Shown: one piece after another, positions 10,787-20,826 of the stretch
Layout: every line of letters begins with the position of its first letter
How positions within the stretch are numbered: position 1 is the stretch's first letter
Source: Promethearchaeia archaeon
Lineage (GTDB): Archaea; Asgardarchaeota; Lokiarchaeia; Sigyniarchaeales; SOKP01
DNA: 64,000 nt
Direction of reading: 5' to 3'
Assembly (NCBI GenBank): GCA_029856155.1
Contig: JAHQWL010000052.1
Coordinates: 32,001 to 96,000 of the forward strand
Notes under the pieces: generated by a model
Told to the model about the DNA's origin: nothing
What the model saw: only the letters and a program-made list of their open reading frames with translations
Database searches by the model: none
Program-made: the position numbers and the translations under genes

Positions 10787-11047
10787 TAATTTGGGTTAAT
10801 AATTAAAACTTTATGTTACACAAGCTATAACTTTATTTCGTACCAGTATATAGTACAAATAGACAATATACTTAGAAATATAACTGCATATTTTTGTTTC
10901 TATTATATAGTTTGTATTTAAAGATGGCAAATTTTTAGAGATCTATAATAATTTTAGCTTAAAGGAAAATTGATCGACAGGGCTTGAAAAGTATACAAAT
11001 TTATGAAAAATCAATAACCTAATAATGAAAATATTGAGGAACTTAGT

Positions 11048-12565
11048 GTGCCGGAGGAATCTAAACGTAATGAGAAACAATTGAGTAAATCTGAAGAAAC
11101 TTATAAATTAATTTTGGATAATGCCAATGATTTAATTACAATTATTAATGAAAATTTAATATATGAATACATCAATGAGAAAGCTTATTTTGATTTATTA
11201 GGGTATAATAAAGAAGATATAATTGGAAAAACTCCACTCACTCCATTACATCCAGATGATGTGAAGAAAGCGACTAAAGTACTGAGAGATGGATTTAAAT
11301 ATGGTGAAGGAAGGGATGAAATGAGGTTAAGACATAAAGATGGTCATTACGTCTGGTTTGAACATAAAGGGAAATCGTTTATTGATACTAATGGAAAGAG
11401 GAAATCAATAATAATTTCAAGAGATATTACAGAACGAAAGAAAGCAGAACAAAAATCTAGGGAATCAGAAGAAAAATATCGCTTAATTTCTGAAAATGCT
11501 AATGATTTAATTTTTATTCTCGATCAAAATTTAAAAATTAAATATGTGAACGAAAAACCATTATTAAATCTGACAGGTTATTCAGTTGATGAAATTATTG
11601 GAAAAAGGGCATTGAATTATATACATTTAGATGATGTTGAAATGGCTTTAAAAATATTTACGGAAGCATTTAATAAAGAGGGTCATGGAACCATAGATGC
11701 AAGGGTAAAGCATAAAAAGGGACACTTTATACATGTAGAAATAAATGGAAGTTTATTTCATAACGAAAAGGGTCAGCCACGAGCTCTTTTAATTACTAGA
11801 GATATTACAGAACGTAAAAAAGCTGAAAATGTTAAAAACGAAGAATATAAGAAATTAGAAGAATTAAGCGAAATAAAAAGTGAATCATTATTGAGAGCCT
11901 CTCATGAACTCAAAACTCCTTTAAGCTCTGTTTATGCCGCATCCCAACTTCTCTTGAAGAATTTCAATCAACAATTAGGAGAGGACGGACTAAAACTCAT
12001 TGAAATCATATATAGAGGTAGTCAAAAATTAAGACATTTAATTGCAAATATGCTGGATGTATCAAGGCTAAAATCAAACGAATTGAATTTGAATTTGAAT
12101 GAAGAAAATCTTGTTGAAATCATAAATAACTGTATTAACGATTTAAAACTCTGGGCTGATAAGAGAAATCTTATTTTAAAAGCTGATTTACCTGAAAAGT
12201 CTATTTTAAGGGTTGATAAAATTAAAGTCGAACAGGTACTAATTAATCTATTATCTAATGCAATAAAATATACACCCCCAAATGGAAAAATTCTAATAAA
12301 TTTAAATGTTAGTGAAAATTACATAGAAATTTCGATTAAAGATACTGGTATTGGTTTAACTAAGAAAGAAAAGGAATTATTATTTCAAAAATTTGGGAAG
12401 AGTATAAGAGTATATAACGGTTCAGATATTGAAACTGGAGGTTCAGGTTTAGGTTTATATATATCAAAAGAAATCGTAGAACTTCACAATGGGAAGATTT
12501 TAGTGGAATCTAAAGGAAGAAATATGGGCTCAACTTTTATAGTAAAATTACCTAGATCTATATAA
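11048..12565 (+). CDS. Soluble PAS-PAS sensor histidine kinase
   Basis: Two PAS/PAC repeats ending RDITERKKAE, H-box SHELKTPL, NLLSNAIKY, DTGIG, GSGLGL. Confidence 0.95.
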   Translation: MPEESKRNEKQLSKSEETYKLILDNANDLITIINENLIYEYINEKAYFDLLGYNKEDIIGKTPLTPLHPDDVKKATKVLRDGFKYGEGRDEMRLRHKDGHYVWFEHKGKSFIDTNGKRKSIIISRDITERKKAEQKSRESEEKYRLISENANDLIFILDQNLKIKYVNEKPLLNLTGYSVDEIIGKRALNYIHLDDVEMALKIFTEAFNKEGHGTIDARVKHKKGHFIHVEINGSLFHNEKGQPRALLITRDITERKKAENVKNEEYKKLEELSEIKSESLLRASHELKTPLSSVYAASQLLLKNFNQQLGEDGLKLIEIIYRGSQKLRHLIANMLDVSRLKSNELNLNLNEENLVEIINNCINDLKLWADKRNLILKADLPEKSILRVDKIKVEQVLINLLSNAIKYTPPNGKILINLNVSENYIEISIKDTGIGLTKKEKELLFQKFGKSIRVYNGSDIETGGSGLGLYISKEIVELHNGKILVESKGRNMGSTFIVKLPRSI

Positions 12566-13002
12566 TTCCTTTATTTTTCGAAATCCTTATTATTTTTTTC
12601 ATTTTATTTTTAATATTAAAGATTGCTTCAGCAATTATGTAGCATAAATCCCTTAATTTGAATTATTGATTTCGTTAAAATGGCGAAAGAATGGGAGATA
12701 AAGGAGGATTTAATATGATAATAACATCACTAACCAAGAAATAAAATAAAATAGCTTTATAGATTTAATGAGTTCTGAGTTAAACTCAAAACTTAAATCA
12801 TATATAATTTTTTTTAGTTAACCAATTTCATTTTATGTTCAAAATTTCTTAATATTTGCGAACTCTTAAAGTCTTTCCATCAAAAACAACAAATTTCAAG
12901 ACTTTTTTTATTGTTTATTTTTGGACAGAATTATTAAATATAAAAATATCATATTTAATCATAGTCTATAAAATTCTTACAAGATAATTAAAATTTTAAT
13001 TT

Positions 13003-13500
13003 TTGATTTATATGAAGTTAAAATATCTATTATTCTCAAGTCTGACATTTTTAATTTTAATTACAATTTCATTCCAAAATTCAGTGGCAATTTTTAAAAA
13101 TGATGGACCTTTACATATTAACGGAGAACCTGATACTACCTATTTAAAGCCTGGAGAAACAATCACAATTAGTTGGTCAATAACAGTTGATGAGTCTCAT
13201 TCTGCATCTGAGATTTCATGGTCAGTATCGGGACCAGGTGTGAATCAACAAGGAACAGGTCATTCCTTCTCATGTACGGCAAGTGCTCCTAATCAAGAAG
13301 GAGAGACTAATCATTATTTAGGTACCGCAAGTTATAAAGATTATGATGTGGGAGATTTATGTGGAGTAACCGCTACAAATGATGAGTCCCTCTTAGATAA
13401 CATTGAAGTTCCGGGTTTTGAAATATACACGTTTCTAAGCATATTCATGTTTTTAGCAGGAATTGTAATTGTAGTTTATAAGCGCAAATTTACTCAATAA
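13003..13500 (+). CDS. Secreted beta-rich surface protein with PGF-CTERM/Loki-CTERM-type sorting tail
   Basis: N-terminal signal peptide; C-terminal VPGFE + hydrophobic helix + KRK. Confidence 0.7.
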   Translation: MIYMKLKYLLFSSLTFLILITISFQNSVAIFKNDGPLHINGEPDTTYLKPGETITISWSITVDESHSASEISWSVSGPGVNQQGTGHSFSCTASAPNQEGETNHYLGTASYKDYDVGDLCGVTATNDESLLDNIEVPGFEIYTFLSIFMFLAGIVIVVYKRKFTQ

Positions 13501-13665
13501 AATATCATATGTTTTGGATATCTTTCTTTTCCAATTAAATATTTAAAGTATTCTTTTTTATTTCTTTTTTGTTTTATTATCAATTTAATATCTACTGAAT
13601 GAGTTAAATTCAAATTTTATAAATTACCCATCCCGAATTTGACGCGAAATGAATTTGTAAATCAT

Positions 13666-14491
13666 AAAGAAAATTTTAATTAAGTAAAACATGTAGGAAA
13701 AATAATATGAATTTAGTTTAAATTCATAATAAAATATAAAATATCATTCTAATGACGAAAGTTGATTCAGTTATCGAAAAGTTGAACAATATTATTCCAG
13801 GAAGCTTATTTGGGTTGTTTTCAATTATTTCGGGAATATTAGGGGATATTATTTCACGTATAATGTATCCCGGATATAATTTCATGAGGATGGCTGTAAG
13901 CGATTTATGTTTAGGACCAGGGGGATTGTTTTTTAAACTTGGAAACATATTTTCAGGTATTTTCGCTTTAGTTTTTGTCAATTATCTTGGAAGAACTTTC
14001 ACTGAGGGCAACATTAATCCGAAACTAAGAAAAACTGCGATAATTTGCGCAGATATTTCATGTATAGGTTTTATTTTTTTAGGAATTTTTTGTGGTTCGA
14101 ATTTGATAATAGCCTATATTCATGGTATTTCTGCTATAACCAGTATGGGATTTGGATTTTGCTACATTACTTTTTATAACATATTCATGATAAAAGACTC
14201 TAAATATTCAAATTCGCTAGGTTATTTTGGGTTTAGCGTTTCTTTTATTTTTGGTTTATTAATTACCCTCTTTCTCCTACACATTCTGCCAGTTTTAAGG
14301 TTTATAATGGTTGTATTACCCTTGATTGAGTGGGTGAATACCATTGCTTTGATTATCTGGTATCTAATCATCCCATTTTACATGATTCATAAGAAGATTT
14401 AATCTTGAAAAAGACACGCTCCTTTATAATATAATATTTTAAGTTAAAAAGAAAATTTTTATAAAGTAAAACATGTAGGGAAAATAATATG
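13666..14491 (+). repeat. Two ~44-bp direct repeats (13666-13709 and 14448-14491): duplicated promoter/leader of the two DUF998-like genes
   Basis: aaagaaaattttaattaagtaaaacatgtaggaaaaataatatg vs aaagaaaatttttataaagtaaaacatgtagggaaaataatatg. Confidence 0.8.
13752..14402 (+). CDS. DUF998-like membrane protein (paralog 1)
   Basis: Five TM helices; YNFMRMAVSDL, conserved His (YIHG) and IEW motifs. Confidence 0.7.
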   Translation: MTKVDSVIEKLNNIIPGSLFGLFSIISGILGDIISRIMYPGYNFMRMAVSDLCLGPGGLFFKLGNIFSGIFALVFVNYLGRTFTEGNINPKLRKTAIICADISCIGFIFLGIFCGSNLIIAYIHGISAITSMGFGFCYITFYNIFMIKDSKYSNSLGYFGFSVSFIFGLLITLFLLHILPVLRFIMVVLPLIEWVNTIALIIWYLIIPFYMIHKKI

Positions 14492-15166
14492 GAGAAAGTA
14501 AATGAATTCTTTGACAAACTTTTCAATTTTATACCTGGGTATATTTTTGGATTGATTGGATTTACCGCGGGGTTTCTAGGTAATACTTTAGCATTAATTT
14601 TTACCCCAGAATATAAAATGTGGAAATATTCTATAAGCGTTTTAGGGGATTTAACGGGTGGAATATATTTAAGAACAGGATTAATAATCTCCGGGTTATT
14701 GGCTATCCCATTTTACATTTACTTAGGAAAAACTTTAAAGGATGATAATGTTAATGAAATTCTAAGAAAGGGTGCTATCATCGCTGGGATTTTCTCCTCT
14801 ATTTGTGTCGCACTTACTGGTACTTTTTCTGGTGTTAATGATTTTATTAAGTTTTTACATGGGAACTTTGCAACATTTAGTTGGTTTGGACATACAGCAG
14901 TATTTATACTTTTTAGTTTGGCTATGGTAAAAAATCCTAAGTTCTCTAAAGCTCCTGTATATGTTAGTTATATAATTGCGGGAATTTTAATTGTATATCT
15001 GATTCCATTTTTTATAACAAATTTCTGCAATTATTTCAGAGAGATCTGTTATTCATTTGGGCAAATAATATTTACGATTATGCCTGTATTTGAGTGGGTT
15101 GTGTACTTTTCTATCTTATCTTGGATTCTTTTTATCTCCAGTTATATTTTATACAATAAGATTTAA
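14489..15166 (+). CDS. DUF998-like membrane protein (paralog 2)
   Basis: Collinear with paralog 1 (IPG.IFGL, YSISVLG, FLHG, FEW). Confidence 0.7.
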   Translation: MEKVNEFFDKLFNFIPGYIFGLIGFTAGFLGNTLALIFTPEYKMWKYSISVLGDLTGGIYLRTGLIISGLLAIPFYIYLGKTLKDDNVNEILRKGAIIAGIFSSICVALTGTFSGVNDFIKFLHGNFATFSWFGHTAVFILFSLAMVKNPKFSKAPVYVSYIIAGILIVYLIPFFITNFCNYFREICYSFGQIIFTIMPVFEWVVYFSILSWILFISSYILYNKI

Positions 15167-15216
15167 TTAGTACTATTGTGTATTGTATTCAATGAAATTG
15201 TACTTGTGAATATATT

Positions 15217-15891
15217 ATGGAACAGGTTGAGTTTGAAAAAAATATTAAAATTGATAAGAAAGATGCCTTAATTATTGTAGATATGCAATACGATTTCATC
15301 CCCGGAGGATCATTACCAGTAAAGGAAGGAGATCTTATTATAGAGGGGATTAATGAAATTACTAAATTATTTAAAAAAAAGACAGCACAGGTGGTGTTAA
15401 CTCAAGACTGGCATCCACATAATCATTTATCTTTTGCTAGTAGGCATCCTGGGAAATCTCCAGGGGATGAATATAAGTCTAAGGATGGATCTATAGGCCC
15501 AGTATTATGGCCGGATCATTGTGTACAAGGCACTAAAGGAGCAAAATTTCATAAAGATTTAAAGGTTGATTTGGCTGATAAAATATTTAAAAAAGGGATG
15601 AATCCAAGTGTTGATAGTTATTCTGGATTCCAAGATAATGACAAGAAATCTGAAACAGGTCTAAGAGAATATTTAAATTCAAAAAAAATCAAACAAATTT
15701 TTGTATGTGGTTTAGCTTTAGATTATTGTTGCTATTATACAGCTTTGGATGGTTTTAACTTTGGTTATAAAGTTTATTTTTTAGTAGATCTGACTAGAGG
15801 AGTTGATTTACCAGAAGGAAATATAAAAACAGCTCTAGAAACTATGAAAAAGACGGGAATTAAATTCGTAAACAATGAGAGTTTTAAGTAA
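15217..15891 (+). CDS. pncA: Nicotinamidase/pyrazinamidase
   Basis: IVDMQYDFIPGGSL, TQDWHP, LWPDHCVQ, DSYSGF, GLALDYC. Confidence 0.92.
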   Translation: MEQVEFEKNIKIDKKDALIIVDMQYDFIPGGSLPVKEGDLIIEGINEITKLFKKKTAQVVLTQDWHPHNHLSFASRHPGKSPGDEYKSKDGSIGPVLWPDHCVQGTKGAKFHKDLKVDLADKIFKKGMNPSVDSYSGFQDNDKKSETGLREYLNSKKIKQIFVCGLALDYCCYYTALDGFNFGYKVYFLVDLTRGVDLPEGNIKTALETMKKTGIKFVNNESFK

Positions 15892-15930
15892 TAAAAATAG
15901 TTATTTTACATCTATCTTTTCATCCATGTA

Positions 15931-16410
15931 ATGAAAAATAAATTTCATTATAAATCAATATTAATAGTTTGTAGTGTAAACACGGCTAGAAGTTGTATGG
16001 CTGAGGGATTTTTAAAAGATTTTTTCTTAAAATGTAACTTAAATATTAAAGTAAAGTCATGTGGTATATCATCTCATGCTAGAGATGGTATGTTGATATC
16101 AATGGATGCAAGAATGGCAATGGAAGAGGTAGGAATTAAATTATCAGAAAATTCTTTCTCAATCGATTTGAAGAAGCATCCTGAAATTCTTGAAGATGTT
16201 GATTTGATTCTGACATTGACGGGTAAACATAAAGAAGAAATCATTGAATTTTTTAATATAGATAGCAAAGGAATATTAACAATCAAGGAATTTGCGGGAG
16301 AAAATGGTGATATTGAAGATCCGTCAATGAAAGAACTTGAGGGATTTCGAGAAGCTCGTAATGAGATTATTGAATATTTAATGAAAGGATTAAATAGATT
16401 TAAGTTTTGA
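15931..16410 (+). CDS. Low-molecular-weight protein phosphatase family (LMWPTP/ArsC/YwlE-like)
   Basis: P-loop VCSVNTARS (CX5R) and DIEDP. Confidence 0.85.
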   Translation: MKNKFHYKSILIVCSVNTARSCMAEGFLKDFFLKCNLNIKVKSCGISSHARDGMLISMDARMAMEEVGIKLSENSFSIDLKKHPEILEDVDLILTLTGKHKEEIIEFFNIDSKGILTIKEFAGENGDIEDPSMKELEGFREARNEIIEYLMKGLNRFKF

Positions 16411-16413
16411 AAA

Positions 16414-17259
16414 ATGATTGAATATATAATTATTGCACTATTACAAGGCATTTTTGAATGGCTCCCTATATCATCAAGTGGTCAAACATTTGTTATAGCC
16501 ATGAATTTATTTGGTATTTCTGCCGAAGAGGCATACAGCCTTGCAATTTGGTTACATTTAGGCACAACTTTAGCTGTACTCTTAAAATTTAGAACTGATT
16601 TTATTAAAATTTTTAAAAGTTTTTTACCAAAAACATATACCGTGGAAGAAATCGACATTAAAAAAAGAAATTGGTTAGTTTATGCTACGATAGGAACAGC
16701 AATTACAGCTTTACCACTCTATTTTATATTCAGAATAATTATTTCAGGAGCATTTAGCGCTTTCCAAGGAGATTTAATAACACTAGTTATTTCAGGTTTA
16801 TTAATTATTACTGGTATTATTTTACTTAAAACACGAAAAATCTATGGAAAAAGTACTCTTGAAGATGCTCCCCAAAATGAGATCACTAAAGATAGTTTTT
16901 TAGCAGGCCTAGTTCAGGGAGTCTCAATTTTACCGGGAATTTCCCGCTCAGGAGTTACTGTATCATCAATCTTATTAGAAAATTACAATCAAGGCAATGC
17001 ATTAAGTTTAAGCTTCTTAATGTCCGTACCAGTTGCTATTGCATCAATAATAGTTGATATTATTTTTGGAGAAGGTTTAGTTTTCGGATTAATAGATCCA
17101 TTTTTAATCATTTTACTGACTATTATAAGTTTTTTGATAGGTTATTTAACTATTGAAATTTTACTCCGTGTAGCTCAGAAAATTAGTTTTGGGTATTTTT
17201 GTATTGCTTATGGAGTTATCGCGTATTTAATAATAATTCCCTTTTTAGTAAATCCTTAA
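16414..17259 (+). CDS. uppP: Undecaprenyl-diphosphate phosphatase family (BacA)
   Basis: QGIFEWLPISSSG, LHLGT, LPGISRSGVT, SFLMSVP. Confidence 0.92.
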   Translation: MIEYIIIALLQGIFEWLPISSSGQTFVIAMNLFGISAEEAYSLAIWLHLGTTLAVLLKFRTDFIKIFKSFLPKTYTVEEIDIKKRNWLVYATIGTAITALPLYFIFRIIISGAFSAFQGDLITLVISGLLIITGIILLKTRKIYGKSTLEDAPQNEITKDSFLAGLVQGVSILPGISRSGVTVSSILLENYNQGNALSLSFLMSVPVAIASIIVDIIFGEGLVFGLIDPFLIILLTIISFLIGYLTIEILLRVAQKISFGYFCIAYGVIAYLIIIPFLVNP

Positions 17260-18161
17260 GGATTTAAAGCATAGTTTTTAAGATAATTTATTAACTCGTT
17301 TTCAATATTCGGAATTCCTCTAAAACTTGGGAAGTCATTTAAATCAATAAGGTAAAATTTATCTTTGTCTATAGGTCTTACTAAATCAAAACCAAAAATC
17401 TTAAGATTCAACTCATTAGATAAAATCCTTGATAAATTATAGATTTCTTTTGTAATTTTAAATTCTTCTCGTTCAATCAAGCTGACATCAATATTTTCGG
17501 GTTTTTCTCTTAAATATTTATAAATTGGGTTTTCTCTTTTAATACCAAAAACTTTATCTCCAATTACATATATTTTTCGCTCAATTCCATCACATTCTAT
17601 AAATTCTTGGACATATAAGTCGTAAAATAAAAACTCTTTATACTTTTCACAGAATTTATCAACTTCATTGATTTCTTGAACAAGGAAATTAAATCTATTA
17701 TATTTATCATGTTGATAATGACTTTTGATAACGATTGGTAATTTTTTTAAAGCCCATTCTTTAAACTTATTTACATCAGATAAAGATTGGTTCCATGAAT
17801 TAGGAATTAAAAATTTTTCTAAATTTTCTTCATGATTTTTAAACGCTTTTCTTAAAGCATAATCGAGAGCAATCTTATTCTTGCACGTTAAAATAGCATC
17901 GATATCATGCAATGTCTGGATTTTATAAATTTTGGCGAAGTGTAATAAATCAATAGAACACTCATTTCTTACTTTTACAATTATTTTATCTGCATTCTTA
18001 ATGAATTGAGGCATTTCTGAAAGGCAAAAATAGTCTTTTGTTGGATCATGAAGCTTTAAATTAAACTCCTTCATACTTTTTAGTTTATTAATAACTTTTT
18101 TTATAACATCATGGTTTTTCACTGCTGAAAAGACTACTACTTTTTTGACCATATTAATCAA
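17256..18161 (-). CDS. ATP-grasp protein, ITPK1-like inositol phosphate kinase candidate 1
   Basis: LPIVIK, VQEFI, KIYVIG, FGFDLV, LIDLNDFPSF; next to MIPS. Confidence 0.7.
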   Translation of the reverse strand: MINMVKKVVVFSAVKNHDVIKKVINKLKSMKEFNLKLHDPTKDYFCLSEMPQFIKNADKIIVKVRNECSIDLLHFAKIYKIQTLHDIDAILTCKNKIALDYALRKAFKNHEENLEKFLIPNSWNQSLSDVNKFKEWALKKLPIVIKSHYQHDKYNRFNFLVQEINEVDKFCEKYKEFLFYDLYVQEFIECDGIERKIYVIGDKVFGIKRENPIYKYLREKPENIDVSLIEREEFKITKEIYNLSRILSNELNLKIFGFDLVRPIDKDKFYLIDLNDFPSFRGIPNIENELINYLKNYALNP

Positions 18162-18251
18162 TAAAAAGGAGATATCTATTCTTAAATTTATTTAGTTTAA
18201 GATCTTCTTCTATAAATAATACTTTATCCAAATTCTCATATACCATTTATA

Positions 18252-20687
18252 TTAATTAGAGATTAAAACTTCTCTTCTACTAACTTTATCAAACTTTAAA
18301 TTTACTTCTATTTTATTAACTTCCTTAATATAATTCCATGAACTTATTAACTTATTATCAACTTGAATTGAAGTTGGTCTTTTTTCTGAATAAATTAATA
18401 ATTTAATGTCTGTATCTTCTATATTCTCTGCTATAAAATTTAAAGAATTCTTAGTGCCATCAACATGTATTATTAATTTTCCTGAGCAAGTTATAAATTT
18501 ATCAGGACACCCAATTAAAGCCATTTTATTTACTGTAATAGGGCAAATTACATAATATTTGTAATCATATCTTCTTAGTCGCCCTATTTCGATACAATCG
18601 TCAAATTTAATTCGATTTAAATTACCAGAATGATAATCGTATATAATATAATCATTTTTCTCATATCCAAGGTCTTCCAATGTAAAAAAAGTTTCTTTAA
18701 CTCTTCTTGGCCAGATATTGGAAACTAATATATATCTCCATGTTAAATTATTTATTTTAGTGTAACTATCACAAATATAGTACTTTTTATGTTTCTTAAA
18801 CATTAAATCATTTGCAGTTAAGGGTTTTTCAGGTTTCAGTAATAACCCATCATCCCTGCATGTTTTGTTTAGAAGCGGCCAATTGACATTTTCTTTTTTA
18901 TCTCCCGGAGCAACAATTCCTGCATTTAAGATTTGATAAAGACATTTAAAATTAGGATATCTTTCTCCAAATGGTCTTATTTTTACATTTTCCATTGATC
19001 TTGAACGAAATATGTCTGGATGTGAGTTAATACCTATAGCATTAAAAAGTATATTTGTTTGAGTAGAGTGAATATATCTATAAGTTAAAGGCCATCTTTG
19101 ATTATAATCTCCTGAACACCGAGAGATATTAATGTTTGAATGTTTTATACTATATAATAAGATTCCAGGAGTCTGCATACAATAGAAAATATCAACTCCA
19201 TTTTCCTTGGCAGCAGTAGCCATATTGTTTAACCAATCTTCCTGACTATTAAATTCTTCAGTTAAAATAGGCATACTAGCAATTTGATTTTTCATCCAAT
19301 CTTGTTCATAAACTAAAATCCCGCTTTCTTTAGCATGTTTCATCAACCATTGCCAGAATTCTTTTTTAAGGGGAATTGCGTGATTTTTATACGTTTCAAA
19401 CTCAAATTCTTCAATATATGGGGATCTTGCATCCCAACGACGACTATGAGCAGTAATAGGTTTTTGAAATTTATCACGATAAAATGTTTTTAAGCTTGTA
19501 GTAAAATTTTTAGGATCAACCTCCCACCGAAACGTATTACCATATAACCCACCTCCCATTAGTCGAACTAATGGTCTAAATATTGTTGTAAAAGTTTTGT
19601 TTGTATGTTTTAGGTACCACCAACTATCAAAATTATAATATCTTATTGGAATGTTATACTTATCAAAATATTCCTTGATTTCCACCATTGTATCCTCATA
19701 ATTCATTCCCTTTTCTGTTCTATAATAGTAATAACCACCATTATTTGTCCAGAAACCCAAATAGGATGTTACAATATTCGCATAAAGACTTTTACGCTTA
19801 GAATCGTGATATTTTAATAATATATCACCTAAACGTTCTATAGATTGGTTAATCCCTACTCCAAAAAGTAGAATAAATTTCTGTGAAAAATTTTTTGGTA
19901 TTTCTTTAATTTTCCCTTGAATACCACAGCTTATTCTATTATTTTTATCCTTTGAGATTACTGTATTTAAAAAACCATCTAATGGCGATAATACAAAACA
20001 GTTCAAATCATCATCATAAAAAACTACAGGTGCAGAGGTTGTGCTAATCTTTTTTGAGGGAGGACAAAATATTTTATTTCTATAGGTAAATATTTTAGTA
20101 TTAGGGCTCATATTCATCAATGAAGGAAAGGAAGTAATAATTTTCGAATACTCATCTGAAAATGTGTTATTTAATCCATCTGGGATTGAAAGCTCAAAAA
20201 TAATAAAACCTTTTGTGTTATAGTGTTTAATTAAGGCATCTACGATTCTACCTTCATTTTCTAATTGATATTCAATGTCAATAGATATATACTTCCCTAA
20301 TTTATCAGATCCATCATTTTTATCGACAGAAATTAACTTAAGTGTTTTTGATTGACTTTTGGAAGAAATATAATTGGAGTATTCGTTAAAGTTGTGTCTA
20401 ATTTTTATAATTCCATTTACTAGTTGTCTATTATCACCAAATGAAATTGAATAAGTGCCTCGATTCTTATCAAAATCCAATTGACCTATGTTATTTTGAA
20501 TTGGAAGTTGTATTGGCTTGGTTTTTTTCTTGAAATCTTTCGGATTATATATATATGTAGCGTTAAATTTTGGAGAAACAAAGAGATTAAAAAACCAAGG
20601 TAAGAGTAAATATACTAATGTGAAAAATAATATTAAGGTAAAAAGAATAAGAAGAATTAAGTTCAAGAGATACATATTAATTTCCAA
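18252..20687 (-). CDS. Membrane-anchored glycoside hydrolase, clan GH-D (GH36/raffinose synthase-like)
   Basis: N-terminal TM helix; NFDSWWY, YEQDW, SRCSGDY and PDIFRS in the order of clan GH-D barrel motifs. Confidence 0.6.
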   Translation of the reverse strand: MEINMYLLNLILLILFTLILFFTLVYLLLPWFFNLFVSPKFNATYIYNPKDFKKKTKPIQLPIQNNIGQLDFDKNRGTYSISFGDNRQLVNGIIKIRHNFNEYSNYISSKSQSKTLKLISVDKNDGSDKLGKYISIDIEYQLENEGRIVDALIKHYNTKGFIIFELSIPDGLNNTFSDEYSKIITSFPSLMNMSPNTKIFTYRNKIFCPPSKKISTTSAPVVFYDDDLNCFVLSPLDGFLNTVISKDKNNRISCGIQGKIKEIPKNFSQKFILLFGVGINQSIERLGDILLKYHDSKRKSLYANIVTSYLGFWTNNGGYYYYRTEKGMNYEDTMVEIKEYFDKYNIPIRYYNFDSWWYLKHTNKTFTTIFRPLVRLMGGGLYGNTFRWEVDPKNFTTSLKTFYRDKFQKPITAHSRRWDARSPYIEEFEFETYKNHAIPLKKEFWQWLMKHAKESGILVYEQDWMKNQIASMPILTEEFNSQEDWLNNMATAAKENGVDIFYCMQTPGILLYSIKHSNINISRCSGDYNQRWPLTYRYIHSTQTNILFNAIGINSHPDIFRSRSMENVKIRPFGERYPNFKCLYQILNAGIVAPGDKKENVNWPLLNKTCRDDGLLLKPEKPLTANDLMFKKHKKYYICDSYTKINNLTWRYILVSNIWPRRVKETFFTLEDLGYEKNDYIIYDYHSGNLNRIKFDDCIEIGRLRRYDYKYYVICPITVNKMALIGCPDKFITCSGKLIIHVDGTKNSLNFIAENIEDTDIKLLIYSEKRPTSIQVDNKLISSWNYIKEVNKIEVNLKFDKVSRREVLISN

Positions 20688-20826
20688 ACAACACTTTATT
20701 ATTTATAATTTTTCGCCTCCTCATAGCCATTAAAGTAAGAAATTTCTAATTTCACATAAATAGCTATCAAATCTTAATGGTTTTTTAAAATCATTTAAAT
20801 ATAATCATTTTATTATACAAAATATC

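Noticed and set aside
12769-12794. Short palindrome tgagtt-a-aactca in the kinase/surface-protein intergenic region
   Set aside because: Single short instance with no second copy seen; cannot be told from chance
15217-15891. Nicotinamidase as a partner of the TIR NADase
   Set aside because: More than 40 kb away in a housekeeping context; ordinary NAD salvage explains it
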